63,873 nt of DNA, filler included, from Octopus bimaculoides (GCF_001194135.2; 6 parts of 5 records of this genome joined end to end with filler, not necessarily neighbours in it); one strand, 5' to 3'. Counted from the whole stretch's first letter, positions 40,286-54,700 are shown. Notes: generated by a model not told the origin, from the sequence alone. Made by a program: numbers and translations.

Positions 40286-43200
40286 GTAAGTTCGTGTGTT
40301 TGCTCGGCGATAGCCAAGGAAGAAAAGGATTATTGACCGGAAGCAGGTGACCATGCCGGTGTAAGGGAGAGAGAGAGAGAGAGAGTGGTAGAGGGAGAAA
40401 TAAAGGGAGGAAGTAGAAGAATAGGTGAGCAACGAGAGGAAAAGAGGAAGAGAGGAAGTATGAGGGGGGCTCTTTCTCTATCATTTTTTGCCCCTCTCGT
40501 TCTTCCTCTGTTTACTACTACGTATCTCTCTTTACCCCTCTCGTTCTTCCTCTGTTACTACTACGTATCTCTTTTTCCCCCCTCAAACAAAACTAAGTAA
40601 CATCAACGTCAAATCTGAGTGAAATCTGTAGAAATTGGTAAACTTTTGGCTGAAAATGAGTTGCAGACAGCTTGATTGGGTAAGCCCATTAGGAATTGGT
40701 TTATCGATTTTTTCAACTCATCAGTTTTTTTTTTGTTTTTGGAGAGCTTAAAGCATTCAAAGATCCCATGAGTCCTAAGTAACGCCGACATCAAGTTTGA
40801 ACAAAATACATCAAAATTGGTAAAAGTTATGGTTGAAAATGGGGTGTAGCCAATTTTATTGGGAAATCCTTATAGAATTTCCTTATAGGAATTGGTTTAT
40901 TGATTTTTTTTGGTCCTGATTAAATGGAAAACCCCATAAGGAATCAGCTTAATGATTTTTCACCTAAATAGGACTTAACCGAACACAATATTGTTGATCC
41001 AAAAACATCTATATTTATACTTTAAAGTTGGTTTTCACACCCAACCAAGTTCTGCAGAATCAGTGTCATGATGGGAGTGCATGGGTTGGGAGTTTGATCG
41101 GCATAGGTGATCAGGTTGCACATGCCAGCCCTTTGAAAACACTACCCCCATCTTCTAACCCCACTTTGCCCATGGGTTGGGAACCCTTCCAACAAGGAAA
41201 ATAGAATGCCCAAAAGGGCTCCCGATCCTCTGTGTCGGAAGCGGTTATGTTCAGATCACAACTAAGTCCTAAGTGTATATATGTATGTATATATGGGCAA
41301 CACACACACACACACATATATATGTACACCTATTGCATACATGTTTTTTGTACACACACATGTTTGTGCGTGTGTCTGTTGCCTGTATATAAAAAAAGCA
41401 CTTTTTTTCCTCCATGGAAAAAAACAACAACAAAAATCCTAACAAAAGCTTACTCGTTGCTAGAAGGGGACTTAACTCCTGTTTGTAAACAATGGTGATT
41501 TCTCCGACTTGAAAATTGTTAAAAGTTTTGGTTGAAAATTTATTTTTACTGCTATTCGCTGGTGCCTCTGGGGAAAATAAGTTGACGAAAATACAGCTAG
41601 GGTCATGACGAATGTCCTAAAACTGGAGCGACATGTGTGCTAATTTGTGGACATGATAAATTACATTCATGTAAACACACACACACACACATCCTGCCTT
41701 TTATATATATCACAGGATAATTTCATCAACTGGATCTCTTGGATTTCAGCTGTGTAGAACTCTGCCATATATTTCTCTGTACTGGATTACTATGTGATAT
41801 GATAGCCTGGTCCACTAAAAGACCTTTCTATGATTGCCACAGGATTCTATGAATCCATGTATTGCACTACAAATTTATATATGTGTACACACATGCGCGC
41901 GCACACACACACACAAACACAGAGACGCAGCATGGGATTTTGTCAGTGAACAGGTAGCGGTCTCAAAGTGCTGAAAATATTTTGACAAATTAAATTTAAA
42001 TGTTGAAGTGAATTTAACAGTTTTTGTTTGTTTTTAAATGGCTTATAAACACCTTCCATGCTGCAATTGTTTTTGTTTCAGTACACGATCTCAGATCAGG
42101 TCACTTGCTATGCAAGTACATCTCCGTAATATATATATATAATCATCATCATCATCATCATTGCTTAATGTACACCTTCTATGCTGACTTGGGTGTATGA
42201 TACTTGAACAGGCATATTTATGAAATACACCATGTATCTTAAAACAATCTTTCAGGATCTGTTTATGCATTATATATATTTTTTAAAAACAGGGTTGCTG
42301 GACAGTAAAAAAATATGAAAATTGTGGAAAAAAACGTGAAGAAAGTTGGTGCAAAAAAGGTGCAGAATGAGGCTTGGTGGCACACAATGTGTAAAAAAAA
42401 CTCTACTTCTACACACACAGTAAAAGAGAAAGAATCATAAAGACAGAGGAGGAGGAGAAAGTAGAGCGGGAGTAAATAAAAATATTTATGGGAGGAGTTA
42501 TGCAAATGAAAATTTGGTTTACTTAATTGTAAACGATAATAAATATTTTTCTTTTGAAAATATGTATTCATTTCATCAATCTGTATAAGCAATAAGATAT
42601 CTAATAAAAGTTTAATTTAAAATTATTATATGTATGTATGAATGAATATTTTCTGATATTACCCAAAATGGAAAAGTATACTTCCAGTGTATGATGGGTA
42701 ATACACTAAGCTCTGATGAAGCTATAAGATGATACACAAGCACTCAGCCTATGAGTGCATTGCATCTTATAGTAGAAACATCTCTAAGCTAATGATGTTT
42801 ATTACATAATTACTTGTTTCCTTGTTATTTATGTAAATTTTTATGTAAATTATTACACTCAACTTGACTGACACATCCTTCTGAAGCATATATGCATATT
42901 GAGTTCTAACAATAGGTTATTGATTTCCCATGCCTGTCATCTCTTATGTCCCTGCCCTAAGGCTTCACTTCAACACATGCCAACTTAATTTAATTTGTCC
43001 TTAGTCGAAAGCCACCTGTTGTAAATGTCCTGTTGTTTGCATTTGTATTTGTGTACCATTTCTCCGTTTCTTTTTTCTTTTTTCCGTCCTTGTTTTCGTA
43101 TACATTCGCTGCTTTCTTCCAAGGAATCTAGGGCTCTTAACTTAGATTTTGCTTAGGATTGCCCAGATTGGAGCAGTCTCGAATATAACCAGCCAAAACT

Positions 43201-43324
43201 GCAAAGATAATCTGAAACTCAACTGAAGAAAGAAAACTCTGAATGACCCATCCTTGTTTTTTCTTGTCCCTCTTTTGTATCATCTAACTCTGGATGTTTT
43301 GCATTCTTGTCCCATTTTTTGTAT

Positions 43325-43370
<46 letters not shown>

Positions 43371-43840
43371 ATTAACATCTTCATCGCTTAATGTCTGTTT
43401 ACCACACTGGTATGGGTTGGGCTGTTTCAAAGGAGCTGGCTAGCGAGAAAGCTGAGAGCTGGTCAGGCTCCAACTTTCTATTTTTACATGATTTCTATGG
43501 CTGGATGCCCTTCCTAATGCTAACCACTTTACAGAGTGTGCTGGGTGCATTTTACATGGCATTGGCATGGGTGGATTGTACATGGCACCACATGAGTGAC
43601 TCTTACGTGGTACTGGCGCCTGTAAGACAAAAACCTCTGGGCTGTAGAGGGAGTAGGAGCATGGCCATGAAGAACATGCCTGTATGTAATAGACGGCCAC
43701 AATTTTACTTAGCAATATATATGCGTGTGTGTGTGCATGTATGTATGTAAAGTTCCTTTCATTCCATGCCAACATAGGGGAATCACACACACAAATATAT
43801 ATAAAAAGAAATATATATATATATATACTGTTAGTACTCG

Positions 43841-43885
<45 letters not shown>

Positions 43886-44918
43886 TGTTGGTACTCGATT
43901 TCACTATATGGTCGATTATTTTTGTTTTAACTTTACATCAAATTAATAGGTCCATGAAATTATTTCGAGTACATTGAAATATTCGTTATTTCACATACCA
44001 TCACCGTTAATGTGTATTGAAAAACAAGTGACTTGAAACAACTACTGTCTCCATGTTAGGCCTAAAAACAGCAATTTAGAAGGGATGCGGTTTGTCAATA
44101 ACATTGACCCTTTGGCATTTTATTTTATCGACCTCAAAGGGATGAAAGTCAAATATGACACTGGCACAATTTGAATTCAGAATGTAAAGAACTGTAAAAG
44201 ATTCCAAAAAGCACATTTTCCGACGCTCTAACTATTCTGACAGTTCTCCGACTTAAGGTGACATGAAATAGTAATAATCATTATTGTTAGTTTCATTTTC
44301 CACTTTCTATTGTTTACGTTACTTCTCTAGCATCCTAATATTACAATTCCTTTCCATCATATACGTATATATGATAATCGAATTATTATCCTCATTTCAA
44401 TACATAGCTCCTTAAATTTTGTTGGAGTATTTTGTTTCGTGTTAAAATAATATCATTAAAAACGCATCTCTCGATTTGTTATTATTTGTTGATTTACACG
44501 GTGACTTGTGGAACCTATCCCTTGTATAAACCGAAGGACAACTGTGTGTGTGTGTGTATTTCGTGGGCGCGTACATGTATGTAAGCATGTATTTGTGTGT
44601 ATATATAATATATATATAGTATGTATGTATTATATGAAGCGACCAGCACGGTGATAGTCTCTGTTATTACCAGTTGGAATAGCTAACAACGTAAAGTAAT
44701 AATAAATAGATCAAGCATTCCGTCCCATTATGGCTAGAATCAACTGGCTCTTCTCTCTGCAAAATCCAGCAACTGCCTTACTAATTTCGGCTTTGTTTAT
44801 ATCTGTATATAAACATTAAATATGCAAACACATTTGTGAGTGTGTGTGCGCGCGCGTTTGTACACACACGCATATATATGTATAATTATATATACATATA
44901 TATGAATATGTAATAATG

Positions 44919-44950
<32 letters not shown>

Positions 44951-46591
44951 GAATATGTAATATTTAATTATCATAAGAAAAAACGTATACGATTTGTGTA
45001 TTGAACAGGCTTACACTTCAAAGTCACAAGAAACATACACGCACACAAACAACCGAGTGAATGTATGCATAAGCATTTTTCTTTTCTTCATAGCATACAT
45101 TGGAATCTCCTACCGAATAGATCGAAGACCAGTGCATCTTCGAATTACAATAATGCACCACACACACACACCATCGCACTTGACATATAGGATGGATTGT
45201 TGACCGAAATCCAGATAAGAATACAAAATACTTTCATATACGTTCTTTATATTTAAAGAAAAATATCCGAAACCTCTCTTTCTCTCTCCGCACACACACA
45301 AACATATATGTATGTATATTAAATCAATGCACGGGCAGAGCAAAGCACGTTGCATAATTTCCTCGGCACAAAATGAAGGGTAAATTTATAAAGTAAGTTT
45401 AATTAATATTTAGCTAGTTGTTTTCATTCAAACCCACTTTCTGTAATTAAATCTAGATCACAACAATGACCTATGGTGCTGTGAGAAGGAAAATCTAAGA
45501 TCTAAATACAACAGCAGCAGTAAGCCAACAAGGGAGCCTGTATGTGGTGATCTAATCTGCTAGAAATAGCAACGAAATATATCACAAATCAGACTACTGT
45601 CTTTAAAAAAATAAGTGTATTTAGTCTTTAATACAATTTATATTTGAATAAGAGACGTGATGGTTATGGTTGGGATATCTTTGATCACAGATTTGCTCGA
45701 TCGGGATTGACTCAGTGGTTAAACAACAATAACAGGAGCATCAATATGTTAACTGATGATGATGGTGATGATGATGATCGATCATCATCATCATCATCAT
45801 GATCAGCATCACAACATCGTTATCAACAGCTGTAACATCAGCATCATCACCAATAACAACAGTAGCAACTATATCATCATCATCATCATCATCAGAATTA
45901 TCAAGATCCTCATCCTCATCAACATCACTATCATCATCAACAGCAACAGTAGCAGCTGTATCCGATATCAAATACTAAATGGCGCAGACGGTAATTTTTT
46001 TTTTTTTTTTTTGAGCAACACCACAAACAAAACAGTGTGACTAAAGAAATCCATGCAGGAAAGAGACATGCTTCTCTTACCAAAATATGTACATGACATT
46101 TTTTTCTTCTCTTCCTCTTCATCATCATGTCGTCTGCAATGTACCAACAGAGTCAGACCGACGGAGAATATGTAGAGAATAATGAATAAAGAGACTCGAA
46201 TAGAAGCCATGATTATTATTGATCTAGCAACGGGACCCGTATGTTGCACACGGTGTTTAACAAAATAATGACTCTCGTGAAATAATTACACGTAAATGTA
46301 CCAGGGTATCAGTATTTCTATTTTATTTTTACTTTTTCTCTCTCTTTTAATGATCCTTGTCTAAAGCATATTAATACTAACTAAATCATTATTTTATCTA
46401 TCTCCTTCATCAACTTGTTTTTTAATATATTATAATGTTATTGATTTAAAACGAGATATGTTACTTATAAACGGTGTTTGATGAAATAATGTCCCTGTTA
46501 AAGTAAAAGACATGTACCGGGGCGTATTATTTTGTTAGTAGACGTTGTTGTCATGGTTCGATGATCAAGATCAACATGATCGTTATTATTA

Positions 46592-46650
<59 letters not shown>

Positions 46651-46934
46651 GAGTGAGAGAGCAGTGCATTCCATCAAAGTGACACTGGAGTAAAATATAC
46701 GAATCACATTATACCCATCATGACTACCCGTCTGATAAGGGTACACCAGGCACATGCATCACAACTATATGTGTGCGACATGGTGATCTAATTTCAAGAT
46801 AAACAGCGCATAACCTTGCAGGTGGGGCCCAGCTAGAATTTTTTTCAGGTCGAGTAGCCCCATCCCGTTCAAAAGGTCCCTGAATAAGATTTGTTTAAGG
46901 ATGTTGAGCAAAACACCCATGTTTCCAAATGTGA

Positions 46935-46935
<1 letters not shown>

Positions 46936-47004
<69 letters not shown>

Positions 47005-48110
47005 CATGGGATCCCAGAAGGGATTGAGCGGCAAAAGTGGGTTTGGACACATGAAGGGTGAAGAGAAGTAGAAAACCGAGTGGATCGCAGATGCCTGAGT
47101 AGTGAAGCTACAAAGCGAATTAGATCCGAGGAATAGAAGTCGTTGTAATAACGACAGAAATGCAAAAGGGAGGAAACAGCACAACTGTGGATCATGAGCT
47201 GAAGTGTGTTCGTTAGTGAAGTGCAACTCAACTAAGTGACTCTTTTCTGGATGAAATCTAGGATCTCTTTGTAAGTAGTAGTAGTAGTAGTAGCAGCAGT
47301 GTCGTTTCAGAAAGGCTTCACTAGAGTCTCAGCAGTTGTTGGGAGCTGAGATATCTTCTGGCCCTAATCGAATGGATTGGTCTTTGGTATGCGGTCCTAG
47401 CTATGTTAATGATGTACTTTCGGCAGGGGAGACACTCGGTGACTGTGAGATCCAACATTTAAAGTGACTGTGAAGGTTCTAGTTGAGTGCAATCCATGTT
47501 TAGAAGGATTGTAGTACGATGTTTATTTTTATATGAATAGCGCTTGATTGTTTTTTTTACTATTCTGCTGTTAAAAAAGATAGAGTTGGCATGGCCCTAC
47601 CAGAAGATTCTCTCAAGATCTCTCGTTATAAAATTAATGCAAGTTTGACGTGTTAATGTCTAGGATGCTTAAGGACGATAGCTGATTAAAGAAAGATAGA
47701 GATAAATGAAGGGTCGTGTCATTAAGATACTAATGAACGGTGTTGGATGAGACGGATAGTAGGTCATTGATATATAGAAGAAAGAAAGTGGACGACAAAA
47801 CTGAACCCTAGGGAACACTTTGCTGATTGTGAGTGGGGAAGAAAGAGCTACAATAATGCACAGTGCGATCTGATAGGAAGCTACCAATCAAAGAGATGAG
47901 AAATAAGCGGAGCTTATAGACGGTAAGTTTTGATAGGTGATTTGCAAACCAGACACGGTCGAAAGCTTTACAGGAGTCTAGAGAAACCATATTGTTTTCT
48001 CTGAACTTCTCTAAAGTTATAACCCACTGGTGAATGACATAAGAAAGTAGGCCTTCAATGGAACTGGCTGTGCGGAAGCCGTACTGATGGTCACTGAGAA
48101 GAGAAATTCA
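46936..48110 (-). mobile_element. CR1/L2/Jockey-group LINE relic with (AAT)n tail
   Basis: RT motifs SLDSCKAFDRVW, SFLSDR and (+1 frame) FLLYINDL; C-terminal RYYN..SS.L...RSTRFS..HP; microsatellite tail at 46936-47002. Confidence 0.82.
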
Positions 48111-48293
48111 GGGTGCTGGACAACATTATTATTAATAATTTTCTTCATTACCTTGGGGGTGGTTAGATGTTATCTTTGACTCATCTCTCTCCTCCCTCTC
48201 TCTCTTATTCAGCCAGCCTATTTTTTTTATTCTCTGTATCTGTGCACGCAGACAGACAGACAGACACAGACACACACGCACGCACACGCGCAC

Positions 48294-48336
<43 letters not shown>

Positions 48337-48377
48337 CACACACACAGAGGTATATAAATAATACGTACAAGAAGAAA

Positions 48378-48439
<62 letters not shown>

Positions 48440-49074
48440 GTATATTTAAAATGAGTAGGCGCAATATGGCTGAATAGTTAAGAAGTTTGTTTCACAGTCA
48501 TGAGGTCCCAGCTTCAATCTCACTGTGTGACATCTTGGGCAGGTAACATTTTCTGTTGTCTCTTGCGGATACTGCCTTGTGAGTGGAATTGAGTAGATTG
48601 AAACTGTGTGGAAACCTGTCTGTTGTATTTTACCACTAATTTTATCACGCAATGTGCCACACTAATTCTGTCGGAGAATTACGTTAAGGATACAAGTACC
48701 TGTCGAAAGCTATGTCGCTTACACACTCATTCAAAAAGCCTTCCTCGAAGAACTAAAAACCCATGGTAGGAAATTCTGATTGAAATCCATTCACGTTTCA
48801 CGCTCTCACGATCTTCAGGCGAGAATTGTTACAACTCGCTGTGGACGTTTATTTATTTGTTAGGGATGGGTGTATGCGTGTTAGTGCGCTTATGTTCTAG
48901 CCTGTCTCTTTCCTTAGAAAGAAGTTTGTTTCGGATTTCATTCATAAATACCATGAAAAGATATGTTTTGTGGGTGGATTTGCAAATGTGTTTTTGTGCT
49001 CGATTATATTTGAATTCCACAATGAGTGTATGTATCTTGAATCAATTATTAGTGTTTGTGTAACTTTATTAATG

Positions 49075-49300
49075 AATTTCTTATTTCTTTACTGCCCACA
49101 AGGGGCTAAACATAGAGGGGACAAACAAGGGATTAAGTCGATTACATCGATCCCTGTGCGTAACTGGTACTTAATTTATCGACCCCGAAAGGATGAAAGG
49201 CAAAGTCGATCTCGGCGGAATTTGAACTCAGAACGTAGCGGCAGATGAAATACCGCTAAGCATTTTGCCCGGCGTGTTAACGTTTCTGCCAGCTCGCTGC
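49075..49300 (-). mobile_element. SINE family B, CpG-intact
   Basis: Reverse complement of the 916 copy. Confidence 0.82.
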
Positions 49301-49630
49301 TGTATTAATTTTATTTAATGAATTTCTGTGAATTTCTGTGTACCTTTATTTGTATTTGTATATGCGTGCATGTGTTTTTAATCAAGGTTTGCTTTTATTT
49401 GGCGCTATACAGCAGCCCTCTGGTAACATGGGTTAGTTGCTCTCGAGTTGTTATATTTCATTCCTTCCTTCCTTCCTATCTACCTACCTACCTACCTACC
49501 TACCTACCTACCTACCTATATACATACATATACTCACGCATACATAGACATATATGCATTGTACGTAAGGAGTAGATTACTGAATTCAGGTGTTTACCTC
49601 TGTCAGCACTCATGTAAACTCCCGGCTAAC

Positions 49631-50403
49631 ATTATGTATAAAGGGGAAAGCAATGCAGTAAACCTAAAGTATTCCACATAGACTGAAAATCCAGGAATTG
49701 CTTTCAATCGTAGGCTGTAACATACAGCTAATAAAGGAAGGAAGATATTGGAAATTTTACTACGGCAATACTTCACTTTACGAGGTCCCGCTTTACGAGA
49801 CGCCGGGTTTACGATTTTTTTTTCAAGCAAAAGAAGCAGATTTTGAACGAAGAGCGAAAGTTTTTATTACCAAGAAATATATAGAGGGCGAAGAAAAGGC
49901 TTCTCAGCAAACAACTCAAGACTTGTTTTTTAAAAAGAAATCTATAAGTCTGTCTACGAGTGCTTCTGAATCAGCAATCCCATCTACAAGTGATGGCATG
50001 CGTGAGTGCGAGTGAAAGTGATTCAGAAAACGATTATAATAACAATATTTTTTTACTATAAACGATCTTGACAATTTTTACTTTACATAAAATATTCCTT
50101 ACATTCTATTGTTGTTTTATTGCCATTCATTTACTAGTATTATAAATTTTATAGGTAAAATATTTTATAGGTAAAATATTTCCGTTCAAAATCTGCATCT
50201 TGTGCTTGAAAAATAAAACTCGTAAACCCGGGGTCACGTAAAGCGAGTCCTCGTAAAGTGAAGTATCATCGTAGTAAAATCTCCAATATCTTCATTCCTT
50301 TATTTGTTGTATGTTACAGCTTGCGATTGAAGGCAATTTCCTGGATTTTCAGTTTATGTGGAATATTTAGGTTTACTGGATTGCTCTCCCCTTTATACAT
50401 AAT
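49631..50403. mobile_element. Non-autonomous Tigger/pogo-like element with ~184-bp inverted arms
   Basis: 49631-49814 is the reverse complement of 50220-50403 with scattered mismatches. The interior translates FERRAKVF...QQTTQDLFFKK, resembling a Tigger transposase C-terminus. Confidence 0.7.
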
Positions 50404-50574
50404 ATTATTTTCTGGTAACGAATTACGATTCATTACATTGCTACTATGGGAGATTATTACTTTGCTTTATGAGCGGCCTCCGGGAACAAATTAACTCGTA
50501 TATTATTATGTTATATTATTATACTAGCAGAGATACTCGGCCTTGCTCGGGTTTAAAGTGGTATAGTTTTTTTT

Positions 50575-51130
50575 TATTGTTTTACTTGTTTCAGTAATGT
50601 GACTGCGGCCATGCTGGAACACCGCCGTTGGTCGAACAAATCGACCACAGGATTAAATTCCTTGTAAGACTAATACTTATTCTATCAGTGTCTTTTGCCG
50701 AACTGCTGAGTTTAAACACAGCAACATTCGGTTGTCAAGCAATGGTGGGATGCAAGCACGCACGCACACACACACAAACACACACACACACAAATATACA
50801 CATATATACGACAGCCTTCTTTCAGTTTCCGTGTACGAAATCCGTCCATGTGGTGTTAGTCGACCCGAGGCTATTATATACACACACACACATATATATA
50901 TATATATATTTACGTATATGTATTTGTGTCTTTGTTTGTACCTGACCCCACAGTCGCTTAGAAACCGATGTTGGTGTGTTTACCTACCCGTACCTTAGAC
51001 GTTCGACAGAAAATATCAATAGAATAAGCACCAGGCTTACAAAGAATAAGTCCATGGGTCGATTTCTTCAACTAAAAAGGCGGTACACCAGCATGGCCAC
51101 ACTCAAATGACTGAAACAAGTAACAGAGTA
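50575..51130. mobile_element. Two SINE family A partial copies in inverted orientation
   Basis: 50575-50870 (-) and 50920-51130 (+) share the tail region. Confidence 0.72.
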
Positions 51131-51137
51131 ATATATA

Positions 51138-51237
51138 NNNNNNNNNNNNNNNNNNNNNNNNNNNNNNNNNNNNNNNNNNNNTTAATTAATTAANNNNNNN
51201 NNNNNNNNNNNNNNNNNNNNNNNNNNNNNNNNNNNNN
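51138..51237. other. Assembly join marker: 100-bp placeholder with central TTAATTAATTAA (same pattern centred at 24833, 39620, 58980 and 61969)
   Basis: An identical 12-mer with stops in all six frames is flanked by about 44 N on each side at five places, so it is artificial. True gap sizes are unknown. Confidence 0.9.
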
Positions 51238-51548
51238 ATAGCTCAAAAAATGTAATTCATTAAGATATTAACAAAATAACTGAAACTGTTTTAACTTGGC
51301 ATTAAATATAGGTTGCATATCCAAATTGCTCTGAGCTTACTACAGTACCAGCCTCACTCACAGATATTCTGTTGACTGTCGTTTACATTAATTTCACTAA
51401 TTTAAAATTTTGAATGTAGTGTGTAAAATTTTGAATGTCATGTGTTTTATACTGGAAAAGTTATCAAGAAAAAGAAAACAAAACTGATTGCAGTAATTAA
51501 TACATTGTAATTAGTTTTAATATATTCTTTCTGTTTGATAAATTTTAG

Positions 51549-51782
51549 GCTGTACCGTCTATGAAAAATTTGTCTATAAGCCGCCCAGTTCTTCATGATT
51601 ATGTGGCACCAGAATGTGTTGAAACTCAACCAGTTACTGACACAGCGGAACCTAAACCAAATATATCATCATCTCAGTGTGACTCCGAATCTGGAGAGAA
51701 GGCACCAACTTCTCTGTCTTCAAATTCCAGTCAAGATTCTGACAGTATACCCCTCAATTCTCTGACTCAGCTATTGAAACAA
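51549..51782 (+). CDS. NBR1: NBR1-like exon (Ser-rich linker, AVPSMKNL...LTQLLKQ)
   Basis: ttttag acceptor, gtaaga donor, 78 codons, phase 0/0, in frame with the next exon. Confidence 0.75.
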
Positions 51783-54700
51783 GTAAGATTCTTAATTGTT
51801 TATTAGTTATTAAAGCCAACTTATCAAATTAACTTTTGATTTTTTTTCTTCTTTTATTCATGGAAGAAAACTTTTACAAGATTGACTATTCAGTTTTAAT
51901 TTGAATGTTATTATTGGTTCAATAACTTGTGAAGAAAATTCAAATCAGAAATTATTCTTAGGTTGTTGTCTAATGCTTGGCATCTGTAATGTAAATGATC
52001 TCATTTGTTTATTGATTTTTCTTTCATTAAAGTTGAAGCAGGAATTGAAGTCAGAAATTGTGCAAGATGTAATGACAAAAACTCAAGACTCTGTTTCAAG
52101 TACGACCAGTACCACCCAGACTTTACCTGCTGATCCTCCATATCGTAAGTAATTTTGTTTCAAGGAAAATCAACTTGCTAACCTAGCTAGAAAAACAAAA
52201 AAGCCTAATTTGTTAAAGCAGTGCAAGTGTCCATGCTTTAGTTGATTTAAGTCTATGCTTAAAATCATCAAAAATTGTCTTTTTCTGTTATTTAAAAATA
52301 ATGAATAAATTTGTAAAAATAAGATTGCAGTTCTACAACAAAGAATTTATAGAACTTGTCCAAGCTTTAAATTTTGTAATTTTCTTCTTTGTGTATAGTA
52401 TGTGAAACCACAAGAATTACGAGCTGTTTAATGTGCAATTGATTCAATCGCCAATCTTTGTTAGCTTAATATATAATGATTATAAAGTAATACTAATTAA
52501 TATTCTCTTTTTTTCTTTCTTAGAATTATACTGGCATGAAGGAATCATTTGTGATTATTGCCAGCGGACCATTGTTGGAGTTCGTTTCAAATGTGGGTAA
52601 GTATCACTGGAAATTTGCCTTTAGCAATTAGGATTTTAGTTAGTTTCTAAAATAAAAACACTCGTGTTCATAGAAATTTCTATTGTAAACTGAATTTGAA
52701 AAGTACCTTTCAAAGATTCTTCTGTCTTCATGAAAGAAACTAAACAGATTCTCAAATTCTTATTGTGAAATCTATTTGGTCAATAATGAAGTGATGTAGC
52801 AACTACTTCAGCAAAATCTTGTGCAATACCAACTTGTACTTATAACAATTATTTACTGCTTCTTCTAGCATAGATTTTTTTTATTCACTCTAATATGTTG
52901 GAAGTTCTCTTATAAGAAATATAGCGTTTGTGGATGTTGATCCTGGTTGTTGCTGCCGTATTATTATTATTATTATTGTTACTTTACATTCGTTTTTTTC
53001 CATGCTAGCATATATCAGATGGATTTTTACAGTCTGCACATTCACAGTAACAAACTTAACCAACTTTGTTGTGTATATCTTCTATTGTTGACTGGGTGTG
53101 TTTTATTGAGATGCTGGTACTTGAAAGAGATTCCTATATGGAAAAACTAAAGAGTCTTCACTTCCTCGTGTCAGTTCTTTTCTAGTGTTACTACCCTCCT
53201 AGATGGGTAGCATGGGGTCTATCTCTTTCTTACCCGTTTTATTTTTGTGTATTTTGTACAACTGGATGCTCTTTCTATCACCAACCAGCTAAGTGTACTA
53301 GGTGCTACTAATACAAAAGTGGTGGTGCCATATAAAGATAACTATAGTGTCACTTCTACCCTGTATTAGTTCTTATTTAACATTACTGCCGTATAGATAA
53401 TCTGAGGTATGAATTGTGGAGTCACATTTGACTTATATGTTCCTTGGTTACAAAACCTAAATTTTCCTACATCATCTCCTTTGACTCTTAAAGAAATTTA
53501 TAAATGGCCATTTATGATGCAAAGAACAATTTATACATCATTGACAAAACTTATATCCAGCAGTGATTAGTTTTTTTTTATATACATATAAAGAATTGTT
53601 AAAACGTGTGTACACAATGTAAGAGATTTATATATGGGTGTCTATTGCTTGACACACATCAACAAATACTAGCTTTACCAAGATGTTCAACTAAGATTAT
53701 CTGCTGTATATACATTGACATAAACTTTAGTACAGCACACGTCTGCTTTTTAAATAAATAAATAAAACTGTTTAGATTCCTTCCTTCCTTACACACTCCC
53801 ATTCATGCACACACGAAATTGGATTATTTTGTTTTCTGTTGCAGCAATTGTCCAGATTATGATTTGTGTGAACAGTGTGAAAATCTGACTAGTGTTCATG
53901 ACTCTACTCATGTATTCTTAAAGTTGCGGCGTCCTTGTCATATTGATACAGAATTGCAACCTTTGTTACGTAGCATAATTTATAAACCTGAAGGCCACAA
54001 TTATTCTGCTGCTATTAATTTTTGTGAACCAGCCAGTGGAGAGTATGAAATCATTCCAGATGATATGCGACAGCATGCCAAGTTGTCAAAGTAAAGTACC
54101 AAGTTTATTATCAAATATATTGTTATCAATTTTATTTAGTTACTTATTTATTCAGAACATATTACTCAATGAATTATTTCAAGTGATTTTTTTCCCCTCT
54201 TGAGTATGTGCTCAGCCACATACATTTCTTTGTTTAGTTAAGGATTGATATTGAGAAAAAAATAGCCAAATGGCCAACTTATGTACCTATCAGTAGAATG
54301 AGTTAAATTCAAATTTACCAAAGCTGTTTTGCTTTTGAGTAGTTTTATTTTAAATGTAACACTGATCTGTTGGAAATAAGTACTTGATTGTCTGGGAATG
54401 TTACCTGAAGTATGTTGTCATCCTGTTTAACACCATGAAATCAGAACTAAGTTTTAGCTATTGTAAATCAATAGATATTTTTTATCATTTGTTTTTTTAC
54501 TTGTTTTAGTCATTGAACTGTGTGGGGAGTAAACTTCTTGCCACACCTGCACCTAATGTACATCTTTTTTTTTTTTTTTTGTATGTTGGGATATTTAAAA
54601 AAAATCTCTGAAATGCTTACCTTGACTTCAGTTCTGTTTTGAATTAGCTCAAAATGCTGTTCAAGGACAAGCATACAGGCCCATGCTTAAATACTTAAAT

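Noticed and set aside
42292-42480. Purine-rich exon-like stretch after a cag acceptor (MKIVEKNVKKVGAKK...)
   Set aside because: Stops in all frames before a credible donor; no recognisable family.
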